Source of the DNA: Candidatus Latescibacterota bacterium
Lineage (GTDB): Bacteria; Latescibacterota; UBA2968; GCA-2709665
Length of the DNA stretch: 64,000 bases
Reading direction: 5' to 3'
Assembly: GCA_965248435.1 (NCBI GenBank)
Contig: OZ252100.1
Coordinates: 1,984,001-2,048,000 of the forward strand
The first letter of the stretch is position 1. Every line of letters starts with the position of its first letter. This document shows positions 22,334 to 32,670 of the stretch, piece after piece. Position numbers and translations under genes: made by a program. The notes under the pieces were generated by a model, which was given only the letters and a program-made list of their open reading frames with translations, did no database searches and was not told where the DNA came from.

Positions 22334-23983
22334 TCACGACTCCTTACCGGTCTTGATGGACGAGACCATCGTTCCCTCTCGGTCGGCCTTCACACGTGAC
22401 CTCGACTCGTGGGCGAACCTAAGCGATGTGGCGGCGATCTCACACGCCTTCCCCAGCCAGCGGATTTGTTCTTCAGTGATGGCATCCAGGAGCAGGAGCT
22501 CTACAACACCGGCAAGTTCATCATTCGAGACCAGGGGTGATGTCACGATCTGGCAGGGGGTAGCAGTGGCGAACCCGAAGGTGATGCTGCTGGTTTCGGG
22601 CGGGGGTGTCTGGACCGACAGTTGTCTCGAACGTGCCGCCTGACCGACACTCCCCGATCCGAACGCGAAACTCGTCAGGGATTCCGCATCCGGTGAAAGG
22701 GCGTGCGCCGCTACCCTTTGGAGCAGGTTGTCGCCGTCCAACACGTAAAGCGCTCCCGACGGTGCGCCGATGAATTCGGCAATAGCTGCCAGTGCTGTAT
22801 CCGCGACTTCCTCCTCGGTCAGTTTGCCCTGCAGCTGCGAAGTCATACCGGCCAGACTGGACTCCTGCGTCGCCCTCGCCTGAGACGCTTCCGTGAGGCG
22901 CAACAGTTCGTCTGAGCGCGCCTTTTCCGATTTGGCGGCTTCCTCTGCCATCCTCGTGGCATCGGAGAGTTCGGCGGTCCGAAGCCGCACTCTTTCTTCG
23001 AGGCTGCGGTGTGCTTCCTGAAGGGCCCGTTCTCCCCGTCGATTCTGTTCGACGAAGATCGACAGGAGGACAGTCGTCAGGGTGATCACGAAAATGAAGA
23101 GCTGGAGCAGCAGGAGTGAATGGTTCGAAGATGCTACGACAAAGGAGCTCTGCTTCGCCAGGGTTCCTGCAATCGCGATCGTCTCAACCACCACGATAGA
23201 TGCCGTAGCTCCGGGGGTTCCAAGGCGTAGCGCCGACCAGAGCAAAAAAGGCAGGGGAAGAAACACCAGGGGGTAGCCCTGAGTGGCCGTTCCGAAAGTG
23301 GTCGTAAACGCGATCAGGCTGCTCGTGACGATGGCTGCAAGGAGTAAGACGATCTCAACCGACCGGATGCCCGAATCGGTGAGGGTCCGGTCGCGAAGCC
23401 ATGCCAGGAGAAGGGGCGTGGCGACAAACACACCTACCGCATCGCCCAGCCACCAGGTCAGCCAGAGTTCTCCCCACGCCTCCAGGGGTACGACTCCGCT
23501 TACACACAGGCTCGTGCTGCCGAAGGAGGCGCTGACGAGACACATCACCGGAACGATCGCACAGAATCTCAGAAAGGCGGAAACGGTTTCGAGCGGCGGG
23601 CCTCCGATGTACCTCGCAATGAGCAGTCGACCCCACAACGGCTGGAGGAAGGAGCCAACCGCGATGACTGTCCCTGCAGAGAATGTTCGCAAGATCGTAG
23701 ACGCGGATGCGAAGTCGAGGATACTGCTGTTCCCCAGATAGGCACCGATAAACGTTCCGAGCCACGCCCGATTTCCGAAGAGGAGAAACGCTGCGAGCGC
23801 CAGCCCTGCTGGTGGCCAGACCGGGGTGACGTTACCCGGGGGAATCGCGGCCGTTTGCCCGACTCTGGCCAATACATAGTATAAGAGGGCGATCGAAACC
23901 GTTTCGAGGGCATAGCGCCAGTTATTGATCCTGCTGCTGTCGGTCATCAGATCCTCGGCAGAAGCGAAAGCTCGTCTGGTCAA
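22334..23983 (-). CDS. Output-less membrane sensor: MASE1, coiled coil, GAF
   Basis: VTPVWPPAGLALA and TWWLGDAVG (MASE1); LEERVRLRTAEL; C-terminal GAF. Confidence 0.85.
   Translation of the reverse strand: MTRRAFASAEDLMTDSSRINNWRYALETVSIALLYYVLARVGQTAAIPPGNVTPVWPPAGLALAAFLLFGNRAWLGTFIGAYLGNSSILDFASASTILRTFSAGTVIAVGSFLQPLWGRLLIARYIGGPPLETVSAFLRFCAIVPVMCLVSASFGSTSLCVSGVVPLEAWGELWLTWWLGDAVGVFVATPLLLAWLRDRTLTDSGIRSVEIVLLLAAIVTSSLIAFTTTFGTATQGYPLVFLPLPFLLWSALRLGTPGATASIVVVETIAIAGTLAKQSSFVVASSNHSLLLLQLFIFVITLTTVLLSIFVEQNRRGERALQEAHRSLEERVRLRTAELSDATRMAEEAAKSEKARSDELLRLTEASQARATQESSLAGMTSQLQGKLTEEEVADTALAAIAEFIGAPSGALYVLDGDNLLQRVAAHALSPDAESLTSFAFGSGSVGQAARSRQLSVQTPPPETSSITFGFATATPCQIVTSPLVSNDELAGVVELLLLDAITEEQIRWLGKACEIAATSLRFAHESRSRVKADREGTMVSSIKTGKES
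22398..22780. repeat. GAF-coding repeat, copy 2
   Basis: Near-identical to 19355-19735 and 23999-24380. Confidence 0.9.
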
Positions 23984-25311
23984 CCGGCTTCCCCACGTGA
24001 CCTCGACTCGTGGGCGAACCGAAGCGACGTTGCGGCAATCTCACACGCCTTCCCCAGCCAGCGGATTTGCTCTTCAGTAATGGCTTCCAGGAGCAGGAGC
24101 TCTACCACACCAGTCAGCTCATCATTCGAGACCAGGGGTGATGTCACGATCTGGCAGGGGGTAGCAGTAGCGAACCCGAAGGTGATGCCGTTGGTTTCCG
24201 GCGGGGGCGTCTGGACGGACAGCTGTCTGGAACGTGCAGCCTGACCGACGCTCCCTGTTCCTAACGCGAAACTCGTCAGGGATTCCGCGTCGGGCGAAAG
24301 GGCGTGCGCCCCGGCCCTGTGCAGCCGGTCGTCGCCGTCCAACACGTAAAGCGCGCCCGACGGCGCGCCGATGAATTCGGCCATGGCTGCCAGCGCTGTA
24401 TCCGAGATCTCCTCAACGGTCACCTTTCCCTGCAGCTGCGAAGTCAAAGCAGCCAGACTAGATTCGTCAGCCGCTTTCGCTTCCGATAGCTGAGAAAGAC
24501 GCTCGAGCTCCGCGGTCCGCTCTGCGACCTGTTCCTCGAGACGGTTGCGGTAGCCGACCAGCTCCGCTTTGTCACGAGCCAGGCTGTCCGACATTCGGTT
24601 GAACGACTCTTCAAGAACCTTGAGCTCGTTGCGACCCGGTGTGGCTACATTCACGTGAAAATCCTCAATATGATCGGGATCGAAGCCTTCTACGGCCGAG
24701 GTCAAGATCGCAAGGGGTCGTCCCAGAAGTCGTCTGAAGAACCAGAGGAAGATGAGACAGAGAGCGGCCGCAGCGACACAGACTTGGACAATCGTCAGTC
24801 CAATCCCCAGCGCGAGCTTTTGCAGAACGACGTCTGAGCTAGAGTAGATGATCGCTTTACCCACCTTCTGACGATTATCTCCCTCGCCGAAGGTGATTTC
24901 GCCAGCGTACGAAATAATCTCTCTCAAGCCTCGGCTTGTCGTGCGGTGGTCCGCAGCGTCGATGGATACGACCACACCCCTGTCGTCGATCACGGTCCCG
25001 CCTATACAGATCGTCTTGCCGGATTCGTCGCGGATCTCGCATCCAACCACAGACGGCAGACTCACCATGCCTTCGAAGAACCTCTTAACTTGCTCGGTGT
25101 TGATATCCCACAATGCTTGTGCAAGGCCCGGACCGAAGGACTTATGGATCAGACGGAGTTCGTCCTGGACTCTCTCTTTTACACTGTAGTACTGAACAGT
25201 CACATCCGCAGCAAGCAGCACCAGGGCCACGCCGATGTAGCAGGCGAGAACTCGCACGAGAAGCTGTTGTGCGACAGAGTTTTTCTGCATCAGCCATTTG
25301 AACGGATTCAT
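23980..25311 (-). CDS. Output-less membrane sensor: TM, periplasmic domain, TM, HAMP, GAF
   Basis: Two TMs; GRNELKVLEESFNRM (HAMP); LEEQVAERTAEL; C-terminal GAF. Confidence 0.85.
   Translation of the reverse strand: MNPFKWLMQKNSVAQQLLVRVLACYIGVALVLLAADVTVQYYSVKERVQDELRLIHKSFGPGLAQALWDINTEQVKRFFEGMVSLPSVVGCEIRDESGKTICIGGTVIDDRGVVVSIDAADHRTTSRGLREIISYAGEITFGEGDNRQKVGKAIIYSSSDVVLQKLALGIGLTIVQVCVAAAALCLIFLWFFRRLLGRPLAILTSAVEGFDPDHIEDFHVNVATPGRNELKVLEESFNRMSDSLARDKAELVGYRNRLEEQVAERTAELERLSQLSEAKAADESSLAALTSQLQGKVTVEEISDTALAAMAEFIGAPSGALYVLDGDDRLHRAGAHALSPDAESLTSFALGTGSVGQAARSRQLSVQTPPPETNGITFGFATATPCQIVTSPLVSNDELTGVVELLLLEAITEEQIRWLGKACEIAATSLRFAHESRSRGEAG
23999..24380. repeat. GAF-coding repeat, copy 3
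   Basis: Near-identical to copies 1 and 2. Confidence 0.9.
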
Positions 25312-25394
25312 GATCTCTTTCTACCGGTGAACCTCTGAGAGCTTGTGCTTGCGTCGCTCACTTCGATGCCCCTATCCCGCTCAGATACTTCGGG

Positions 25395-26306
25395 TCATTC
25401 GATATATGCATCGATCAGCTCCTGATACCTTCCACTCGATCGAAGGTGCTTCAGACCTTCATCGAAGTCATCTCTGATGCCTTCGTCCCTGAAATTGACC
25501 TGGTAGTGGGTCTCTTTCCCAAAGATGTCGTGAAAGGTCACTTCAGCTGAGGTATCCAATTGGTCTGACAATCGCTTACGAAACCATAGAAATATGGTCC
25601 TATCCACGATAATGACGTCGGCTCGGCCCTTCCAGAAGAAGAGATTCTGGTGTTCCTGATTCGCGAATTCCTTGTACCTCCCGAGGTGGTCACCCTCTGC
25701 TTCGGGTCCGTAGAACTTCACGAATTCAGGCCCCAGGTTCAGATAGGCATTCTGCCAGGCTACGGTGCGGTAGTTGGTCAAGTCCCGGATCGCATCGACC
25801 GTAACCTTGTCCTTCTTCTTGGAAATGGCATAGTTGATATAGGTGACAAAGTCTTCCGAGTAGTAGGTTCCATCTTCACGGTGTTGAACAGAGACCGCTC
25901 CATCGAACCCACTCCTGGCAACAGCATCTGCCAGTCTGCTGTTCGGCATATGACTCTTATGTCCTACTGTGTGTCCTCTGTATCCTAGCGCTTCTCGGAC
26001 AATGGCGATCTCGAATCCTCTTCCCATCCCGTTCTCCTCAAAGACGAAAGGGGGACGTCCCTGACCGAATGCCATTCTCAGGTCTTCCGCTTGACTTTCT
26101 GGAGGCACGAGCGTACAGGACACCAGAAGAGCCACGAAAAGCAGCTCGCCAAAGTGCGCTCTGATCACCCTACTCGTTTCAGCGGTTTGATAACACCGCG
26201 CTGGCCTCACCGAACACCCAATGAACAAAAAGCGCAGCGGTGCTCGTTGCGCCATCGTGAAACCCTCCCCATCGAAAGCTTTACGCGGATTACACAACTC
26301 GATCAT
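25395..26306 (-). CDS. Family-3 substrate-binding domain protein (start uncertain, may be downstream)
   Basis: RPPFVF..GFEIAIVREAL, GRADVIIVD, FDEGLKHLRSSGRYQELIDAY. Confidence 0.8.
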   Translation of the reverse strand: MIELCNPRKAFDGEGFTMAQRAPLRFLFIGCSVRPARCYQTAETSRVIRAHFGELLFVALLVSCTLVPPESQAEDLRMAFGQGRPPFVFEENGMGRGFEIAIVREALGYRGHTVGHKSHMPNSRLADAVARSGFDGAVSVQHREDGTYYSEDFVTYINYAISKKKDKVTVDAIRDLTNYRTVAWQNAYLNLGPEFVKFYGPEAEGDHLGRYKEFANQEHQNLFFWKGRADVIIVDRTIFLWFRKRLSDQLDTSAEVTFHDIFGKETHYQVNFRDEGIRDDFDEGLKHLRSSGRYQELIDAYIE

Positions 26307-28420
26307 CTTTCCAATAACCTGTCATCCTTGACATGATATCGAACAGCCTTGACCGGCTTTGCAATCTTCTCTTCGTGTTTCCCGATGCGAATCGTCACAC
26401 CCTGAAAGGCGGTACTCCAAACCACGATTGACGCGGTTCGCCATCGATAGACTTGAAGCTCCAATTCCTTTCTCTCGGCAAGCAGTTGTTGATTGATCTG
26501 AACGATTTTGCCAAGCTGCTGGGCAGAAAGCGCCAGGATCTTACGTTGAGGACCTGTTGTGGCCGCGAGCATCTTTTGAATCTGAGCGACGTCGAGCCTC
26601 GGAAGTCCAAATTTTCCGAGGTGTTGCAGAATCTGTTTGTTGCCCTTCTGAATGTTCTGTTGAAGTTTTTCCAACTTGCGCCCGTGTTCCAGATCCATCC
26701 CCGCATTCAGCGAGGTTCGTGTTCCGGCAAGGGTACCTGCGAAGTGGGCGTCAATCCCCCTCATGGCCCACGACTGCCCGCCCCAGATCGTGCCGCCCCG
26801 AAGTCCAAGCGCGCGGCGTGCTATGATGATGCCCCCTGCCCGTAAGAGGGCGTCGTCTGCGTGACTCCCCAGTATGATGTCCCTGCCGCTCTGTACTTTC
26901 GCCTCCTTCACGAACTGCGTCCTTACGTCGCCCAGCGCCATCACAGTCGTCTTTCTACCCAGGATCCCTTCGCCCGTCGTAACGTTCCCGTGAGAGAATA
27001 CCTTTGCTCCGGATTCCACTGCACCGGTTATCGTGACGTCACCCGCAGCCTTAACGGAGAAAGTCTGCTTCACGGACCCCACGACGCACACCTCACCCCT
27101 GAAGTCAAGGTTCCCTGTGCCGAAACCAACATCTCCGTCTATGGTCAACAGCTCATACACCGAAACCTTGTCGTCCGTTACTTTCAAAGATCCTTCTATC
27201 GTTGAAGAGTAACTCGCGACGCCGTCTTTTGTCTCAACCCGAACATTTTCACCCGCTTCCAATTTTCGCTCATCCCCGTCTATCGCCGGTACTTCGTTCC
27301 CCCTGACATCTTTTCCCGGTATCCCTGAGCCTGGAGGAGTAACTCGCACAACCACCTGATCCGGCTTCACGTTGGGACCGATGTTGGCAGGCGTGAACTC
27401 GCGGGAGCCGTCTGTGTTCTGTTTTCCCTCTCTTACCGCTGTATCCACCAGGATTTTCAATTCTGAATCCTTGCCCTTTTTGGCGGTTCCGGATGCAATC
27501 AGATATCCGCCCCGCTCGTGCTTACCCTCCGCCTGAAGGCTGAGAAGCTTCCCGATCTCCTCCTCCTCGATGCCCTCCACCACCTCTAGCTCTTCGAGCC
27601 ACGACTGAATCATTTCTCGTGACACCTTCGGGTGATGATCCATCAGACACCAGTAGACCTCCAGTCCGATGGGATCGACCCAAATCGGTGGAAGCACGGA
27701 AAGCGTGTTGTGCAGCAGACAGACATAGCCGTAACGCGTCGCGAGGAACTCGTCGTCCTTCGCTTCCACGAACTGGCCTAAACTGGGTCTCCCGGGGAGA
27801 GGCTGTTCGTCCGTCAGCCTTCCGCCGAACACATCGTATCCCGCCTGCGCCTTCTCTTCCTTGTGCACTTGTGCCAACACATCGCCGGGTGTCGCGGACA
27901 GAGCGGGCGTGGCGCTCAGATCGGACAAAGACAGCTTCTCCGCCCAGAGAACGGGGTTCAACGTCCCTGAAACCACAGCCAGATTTTCTGCAGAGATCGA
28001 CTTCCCTGGTTCTCTGGGATTTCGGTATTCTGTCCACTCCTCGCCCAGTGCCGCGCCCCCTTCGGCCACGGGGAACCACCTGATCCGGTCCCCCTCAAGG
28101 CACTCGCGAATCTGCTGCATATCAGGTATCTGGGCCTCAAAGAAGCTGCACTCCTTGAGCAGTTTGGTGACCTGCCCGGCGCTCTTTATCTCAGGGGCGA
28201 TGCGCGAGAGATAAGCAATCTTCCGGTCCTCCCGAAAGGCGACCTCGATCTCATCAACGGCGACTCTGTAAAACCATCTGCCCTGGTCCAGCCCGGCTTC
28301 CGGACCGGCCTGCTGGTGGATCGCGCCCTCGATAGGCCTGCCCATCCCCTGGACAATCCACCCCGTCTCGGGTCCGGGTGGAAGCTTTTCGAATACGCTG
28401 TCTTCCCCTGTTTCAGCCAC
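26303..28420 (-). CDS. FapA/DUF342 family protein
   Basis: G.PGKDVRG, IDGDVGFGTGNLDFRGEVCVVGSV and a beta-helix region. Confidence 0.85.
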   Translation of the reverse strand: MAETGEDSVFEKLPPGPETGWIVQGMGRPIEGAIHQQAGPEAGLDQGRWFYRVAVDEIEVAFREDRKIAYLSRIAPEIKSAGQVTKLLKECSFFEAQIPDMQQIRECLEGDRIRWFPVAEGGAALGEEWTEYRNPREPGKSISAENLAVVSGTLNPVLWAEKLSLSDLSATPALSATPGDVLAQVHKEEKAQAGYDVFGGRLTDEQPLPGRPSLGQFVEAKDDEFLATRYGYVCLLHNTLSVLPPIWVDPIGLEVYWCLMDHHPKVSREMIQSWLEELEVVEGIEEEEIGKLLSLQAEGKHERGGYLIASGTAKKGKDSELKILVDTAVREGKQNTDGSREFTPANIGPNVKPDQVVVRVTPPGSGIPGKDVRGNEVPAIDGDERKLEAGENVRVETKDGVASYSSTIEGSLKVTDDKVSVYELLTIDGDVGFGTGNLDFRGEVCVVGSVKQTFSVKAAGDVTITGAVESGAKVFSHGNVTTGEGILGRKTTVMALGDVRTQFVKEAKVQSGRDIILGSHADDALLRAGGIIIARRALGLRGGTIWGGQSWAMRGIDAHFAGTLAGTRTSLNAGMDLEHGRKLEKLQQNIQKGNKQILQHLGKFGLPRLDVAQIQKMLAATTGPQRKILALSAQQLGKIVQINQQLLAERKELELQVYRWRTASIVVWSTAFQGVTIRIGKHEEKIAKPVKAVRYHVKDDRLLER

Positions 28421-28423
28421 GAC

Positions 28424-29386
28424 TCACTCCCCCAGGTCTAACAATGCGGATACTTCGACATTCCCGGCTTCCAGGTCCTCATTCAGCTGGGCCGCACGGA
28501 TCAGCGTGGCCGACTCGCCCCCGAGTCCGAAAAGCGAATTCAGCAAGTCCTTACGATTAACGCCCAGGCCTCCTGGCTTGTCGATCCACAGAACCCCCAA
28601 TGGCTCTTCCCCATAAAGGATGGGGACCATGGCCTCCTCGTCCTCTCCCGTCCGGGGTTTGCTGTCCAGATAGGTCTCCGCAACCGGCGAACCCCCCTCC
28701 CCGATGGGAATCTTCTCCTGTCCTCCCAGCTGTGCTTCATCCTGAATCGCGCCTGGACCGGAAAACCCGATGGCCGCCTTCATCTCCAACCTCTTCCCTT
28801 CAGCATCAGGCCGATAGATAGCAGCCTTTTCCACACTCAACACATCCCCAACGACGTGAAGGGTAGCTTCATAGGCCTCTATCAGCGTCGGAGTGGAATT
28901 CTGCAGATGGGTGAGTTTGTCGCGCCCGTCCAGCTCCCGCACACGGTGGTGGAGCTGAGCCGTCCTCTTCTCGACGAGATGTTCCAGCTCTTGCTGTAAA
29001 TGGTAGACCGTGAGGTGTGTGTTCACGCGCGTCAGAAGCTCGATCGTGTTGAACGGTTTTGTCACATAATCCACCGCGCCCAGCTCGAATCCCTTCACCA
29101 CGTCGTCGGTCTCGACCTTTGCGGTCAGAAAGATGATGGGGATCTCCTCTGTCTCGGGATTCTCCTTGAGCTGCTTGCAGGCCTCGAACCCGTCCATCAC
29201 CGGCATCATCACGTCGAGCAGGATCAGGTCGGGATGAACCTTCCCCACGACATCGAGGGCCTGTTGGCCGTTCTGGGCGACGTTGATCTGATACCCTTCC
29301 TCCTTCAACACGGTGCCCAGCACCTGGATGTTCTTTACCGTGTCATCCACGATCAGGATCCGCGACCCCTTGTTCTCTAAATTCAT
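28424..29386 (-). CDS. Response regulator with C-terminal GAF-like domain
   Basis: ILIVDD..DLILLDVMMP..DYVTKPF; LEHLVEKRTAQL; VPILYGEEPLGVLWID. Confidence 0.85.
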   Translation of the reverse strand: MNLENKGSRILIVDDTVKNIQVLGTVLKEEGYQINVAQNGQQALDVVGKVHPDLILLDVMMPVMDGFEACKQLKENPETEEIPIIFLTAKVETDDVVKGFELGAVDYVTKPFNTIELLTRVNTHLTVYHLQQELEHLVEKRTAQLHHRVRELDGRDKLTHLQNSTPTLIEAYEATLHVVGDVLSVEKAAIYRPDAEGKRLEMKAAIGFSGPGAIQDEAQLGGQEKIPIGEGGSPVAETYLDSKPRTGEDEEAMVPILYGEEPLGVLWIDKPGGLGVNRKDLLNSLFGLGGESATLIRAAQLNEDLEAGNVEVSALLDLGE

Positions 29387-29424
29387 GTCTGCTTCTCCTG
29401 TATGACTTTAGATGCGGATCGAAC

Positions 29425-30450
<1,026 letters not shown>

Positions 30451-30668
30451 ACTCGGAACTCCGTTTGGGTTGTTTTTGAGAGCCGCCAAGCCATTTTTCG
30501 GCAGGATTTGTAATATATCCCTGTTATCCTGAAAAATCAACCTCTTAGACGATTCTCGCACCCACTGGCGGACCCCGTCGATTCAATCCCGTATCCCGCC
30601 ATTAGAGGACTTTCACCGCAGGGCTCTGCAACCTGCCTGGTGTATACGTATCTCAGAATGATCGCCAA

Positions 30669-30725
30669 AATCCCCTCCTGGGAGGGGTGTCCCGGAGGGA
30701 CGGGGTGGGTTACGAGGAGGGGACG
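30669..30725. repeat. REP-like palindromic element
   Basis: atcccctcctgggaggggtgtcccggagggacggggtggg: tandem GC hairpins in an intergenic region. Confidence 0.45.
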
Positions 30726-30755
30726 GGTCAGGCACTTTGTTTCGGTGAAGCACAC

Positions 30756-30796
30756 AAAAAAACCCCTCCGGCGTGTTGCCGAAGGGGTTTCGTTTT
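30756..30796 (-). terminator. Intrinsic terminator after the hemB-ompA-like unit
   Basis: aaaaaaacccctccggc-gtgtt-gccgaaggggttt hairpin with a U-tract on the minus strand. Confidence 0.8.
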
Positions 30797-30818
30797 AGAT
30801 CACGCTGTGAGACGTGTA

Positions 30819-31598
30819 TTATTGCTCGATCACGATCTCGAATCGTCGGTTCTTCAACTGACCCTCTGGGGTATCGTTGGTGGCAATCGGCTTTGACTCA
30901 CCATACCCAACGGTGATAAACATGTTTTCATCGAACCCGGACTGGTTGACCAGGTAGTCACGAACGCTGTCTGCACGCTGCTGTGAAAGCTCCAGGTTGT
31001 AGTCCTCGTCCCCTACGGAGTCTGTGTGCCCCTCGATGCGGACCTTTGTAGGCCGGAAACGCTTGATGAACTTGGCAGCACGCTCGAGTTGCCGAATCGC
31101 CTCAGGCCTCAGGGTGTTGCTCCCCTTGTCGAACAGGTTTTCCGACTCGACGACGAACACCGGCTGTACGTAGTCTTTCACCAGAACGGCATCCCGATCC
31201 CGGTGCGGATCTGAGTGGGAAGCCAGTTCAAGGACCCGACCGACCGAATACTCGGGCTGCGCCTCCACTGCCTTCATTCTGCCGATGAACGCGGTCGTCT
31301 TGATCTTGAAATTCCCGAAGTCCGATTCGATCTCCTTGTCCCGGTAGACGTTCATCACAACCCCGATCGCAATGCCCTCTTCCGTGCCGATCTTGACATA
31401 ATAATCGTTCATCCGTGCCGAATCGGGCACGGCCCCGCCTTTGTGAAAGGGGGTTTTTACCTTGAAAACGACGTGTTTTTGCGCAAAAATCATCGAGGGA
31501 AGCAGAAACAGAACAGCGGCAAGCGTTCCCGCGAGGGCGACGCGGTGTCTTGGTGCAATCATGGCTCTCCTCCTCGAGATACGAGATACGATATTCAT
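30819..31598 (-). CDS. OmpA-family C-terminal domain protein
   Basis: [40 protein letters not shown]. Confidence 0.9.
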   Translation of the reverse strand: MNIVSRISRRRAMIAPRHRVALAGTLAAVLFLLPSMIFAQKHVVFKVKTPFHKGGAVPDSARMNDYYVKIGTEEGIAIGVVMNVYRDKEIESDFGNFKIKTTAFIGRMKAVEAQPEYSVGRVLELASHSDPHRDRDAVLVKDYVQPVFVVESENLFDKGSNTLRPEAIRQLERAAKFIKRFRPTKVRIEGHTDSVGDEDYNLELSQQRADSVRDYLVNQSGFDENMFITVGYGESKPIATNDTPEGQLKNRRFEIVIEQ

Positions 31599-32584
31599 GC
31601 CATCGTTCGTGCTACGTCTCTTGCGAAATAGGTTAGAATAAAATCCGCCCCGGCCCTTTTGATGCTGAGCAGGACTTCATCACGCACTCGGGTTTCATCG
31701 ATCCAGCCTTTGCCGCCGGCGGCCTTGATCATGGCGAACTCCCCGCTCACGTTGTAGGCCGCGACGGGCACGTCAAACGTCTCTTTGACGCGATGCAGGA
31801 CATCCAGGTAGGCCAGCGCAGGTTTCACCATAACGATGTCTGCGCCCTCTTCGATATCCAAGGCCACTTCGCGCAGGGCCTCATCCCCATTCCCAGGATC
31901 CATCTGGTAGGACCTCCGGTCGCCGAACTGCGGCGAAGACTCGGCCGCTTCACGGAACGGGCCGTAAAAGCTGGAGAAGAACTTGGCCGCGTAAGACATA
32001 ATCGGGAGCTGGGCGTGGCCCGCTTCGTCCAGCGCTTTTCGGATCACGCCTACACGCCCGTCCATCATGTCGGAAGGGGCGACCATATCCACCCCCGCCG
32101 CGGCGTGAGAAACCGCCTCCTTGGCCAGAAGCTGCACTGTCTTATCGTTGTCTACATCCTCGCCCGAAACCACGCCGCAGTGCCCGTGAGATGTGTATTC
32201 GCAGAGGCAAACGTCTGTGATTACAAGGAGGTCCGGCACACTCGCCTTTATGTCGCGAATCGCCCGCTGAATGATGCCCTGATCGTCATATGCTTCGCTG
32301 CCAACCTCATCTTTTCGCTCGGGGATTCCGAACAGAACTACGGCCGGTATCCCCAGGTCCGCGACTTCCCTGCACGCCTCCACGAGCTTGTCGATCGACA
32401 GCTGGTGATTGCCGGGCATAGACCCGATTTCTCGCTCGACCCCGGTCCCCGGGCAGACGAAGAAGGGCATAACCAGGTCATCCACGGACAGTCGGGTTTC
32501 CCTGACCAGGCGACGGATCTTCTCGTTCGCCCTCAAGCGACGCAGGCGGGTTTGTGGAAAAGCCACACTTAACTCCTGAATCAT
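31595..32584 (-). CDS. hemB: Porphobilinogen synthase (ALAD)
   Basis: [36 protein letters not shown]. Confidence 0.97.
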   Translation of the reverse strand: MIQELSVAFPQTRLRRLRANEKIRRLVRETRLSVDDLVMPFFVCPGTGVEREIGSMPGNHQLSIDKLVEACREVADLGIPAVVLFGIPERKDEVGSEAYDDQGIIQRAIRDIKASVPDLLVITDVCLCEYTSHGHCGVVSGEDVDNDKTVQLLAKEAVSHAAAGVDMVAPSDMMDGRVGVIRKALDEAGHAQLPIMSYAAKFFSSFYGPFREAAESSPQFGDRRSYQMDPGNGDEALREVALDIEEGADIVMVKPALAYLDVLHRVKETFDVPVAAYNVSGEFAMIKAAGGKGWIDETRVRDEVLLSIKRAGADFILTYFARDVARTMA

Positions 32585-32670
32585 CTCCGGGTTACGCCTG
32601 CGGTCAATATACGCCGATTTTTCACAGAGCGCAACGACTGCCGGGTCCTTTTATAATCGGCTTATTGGCG

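Noticed and set aside
17888-25311. DGR or invertase shufflon as the mechanism for the sensor array
   Set aside because: No reverse transcriptase or recombinase, the repeats are direct rather than inverted, and the differences are not adenine-specific
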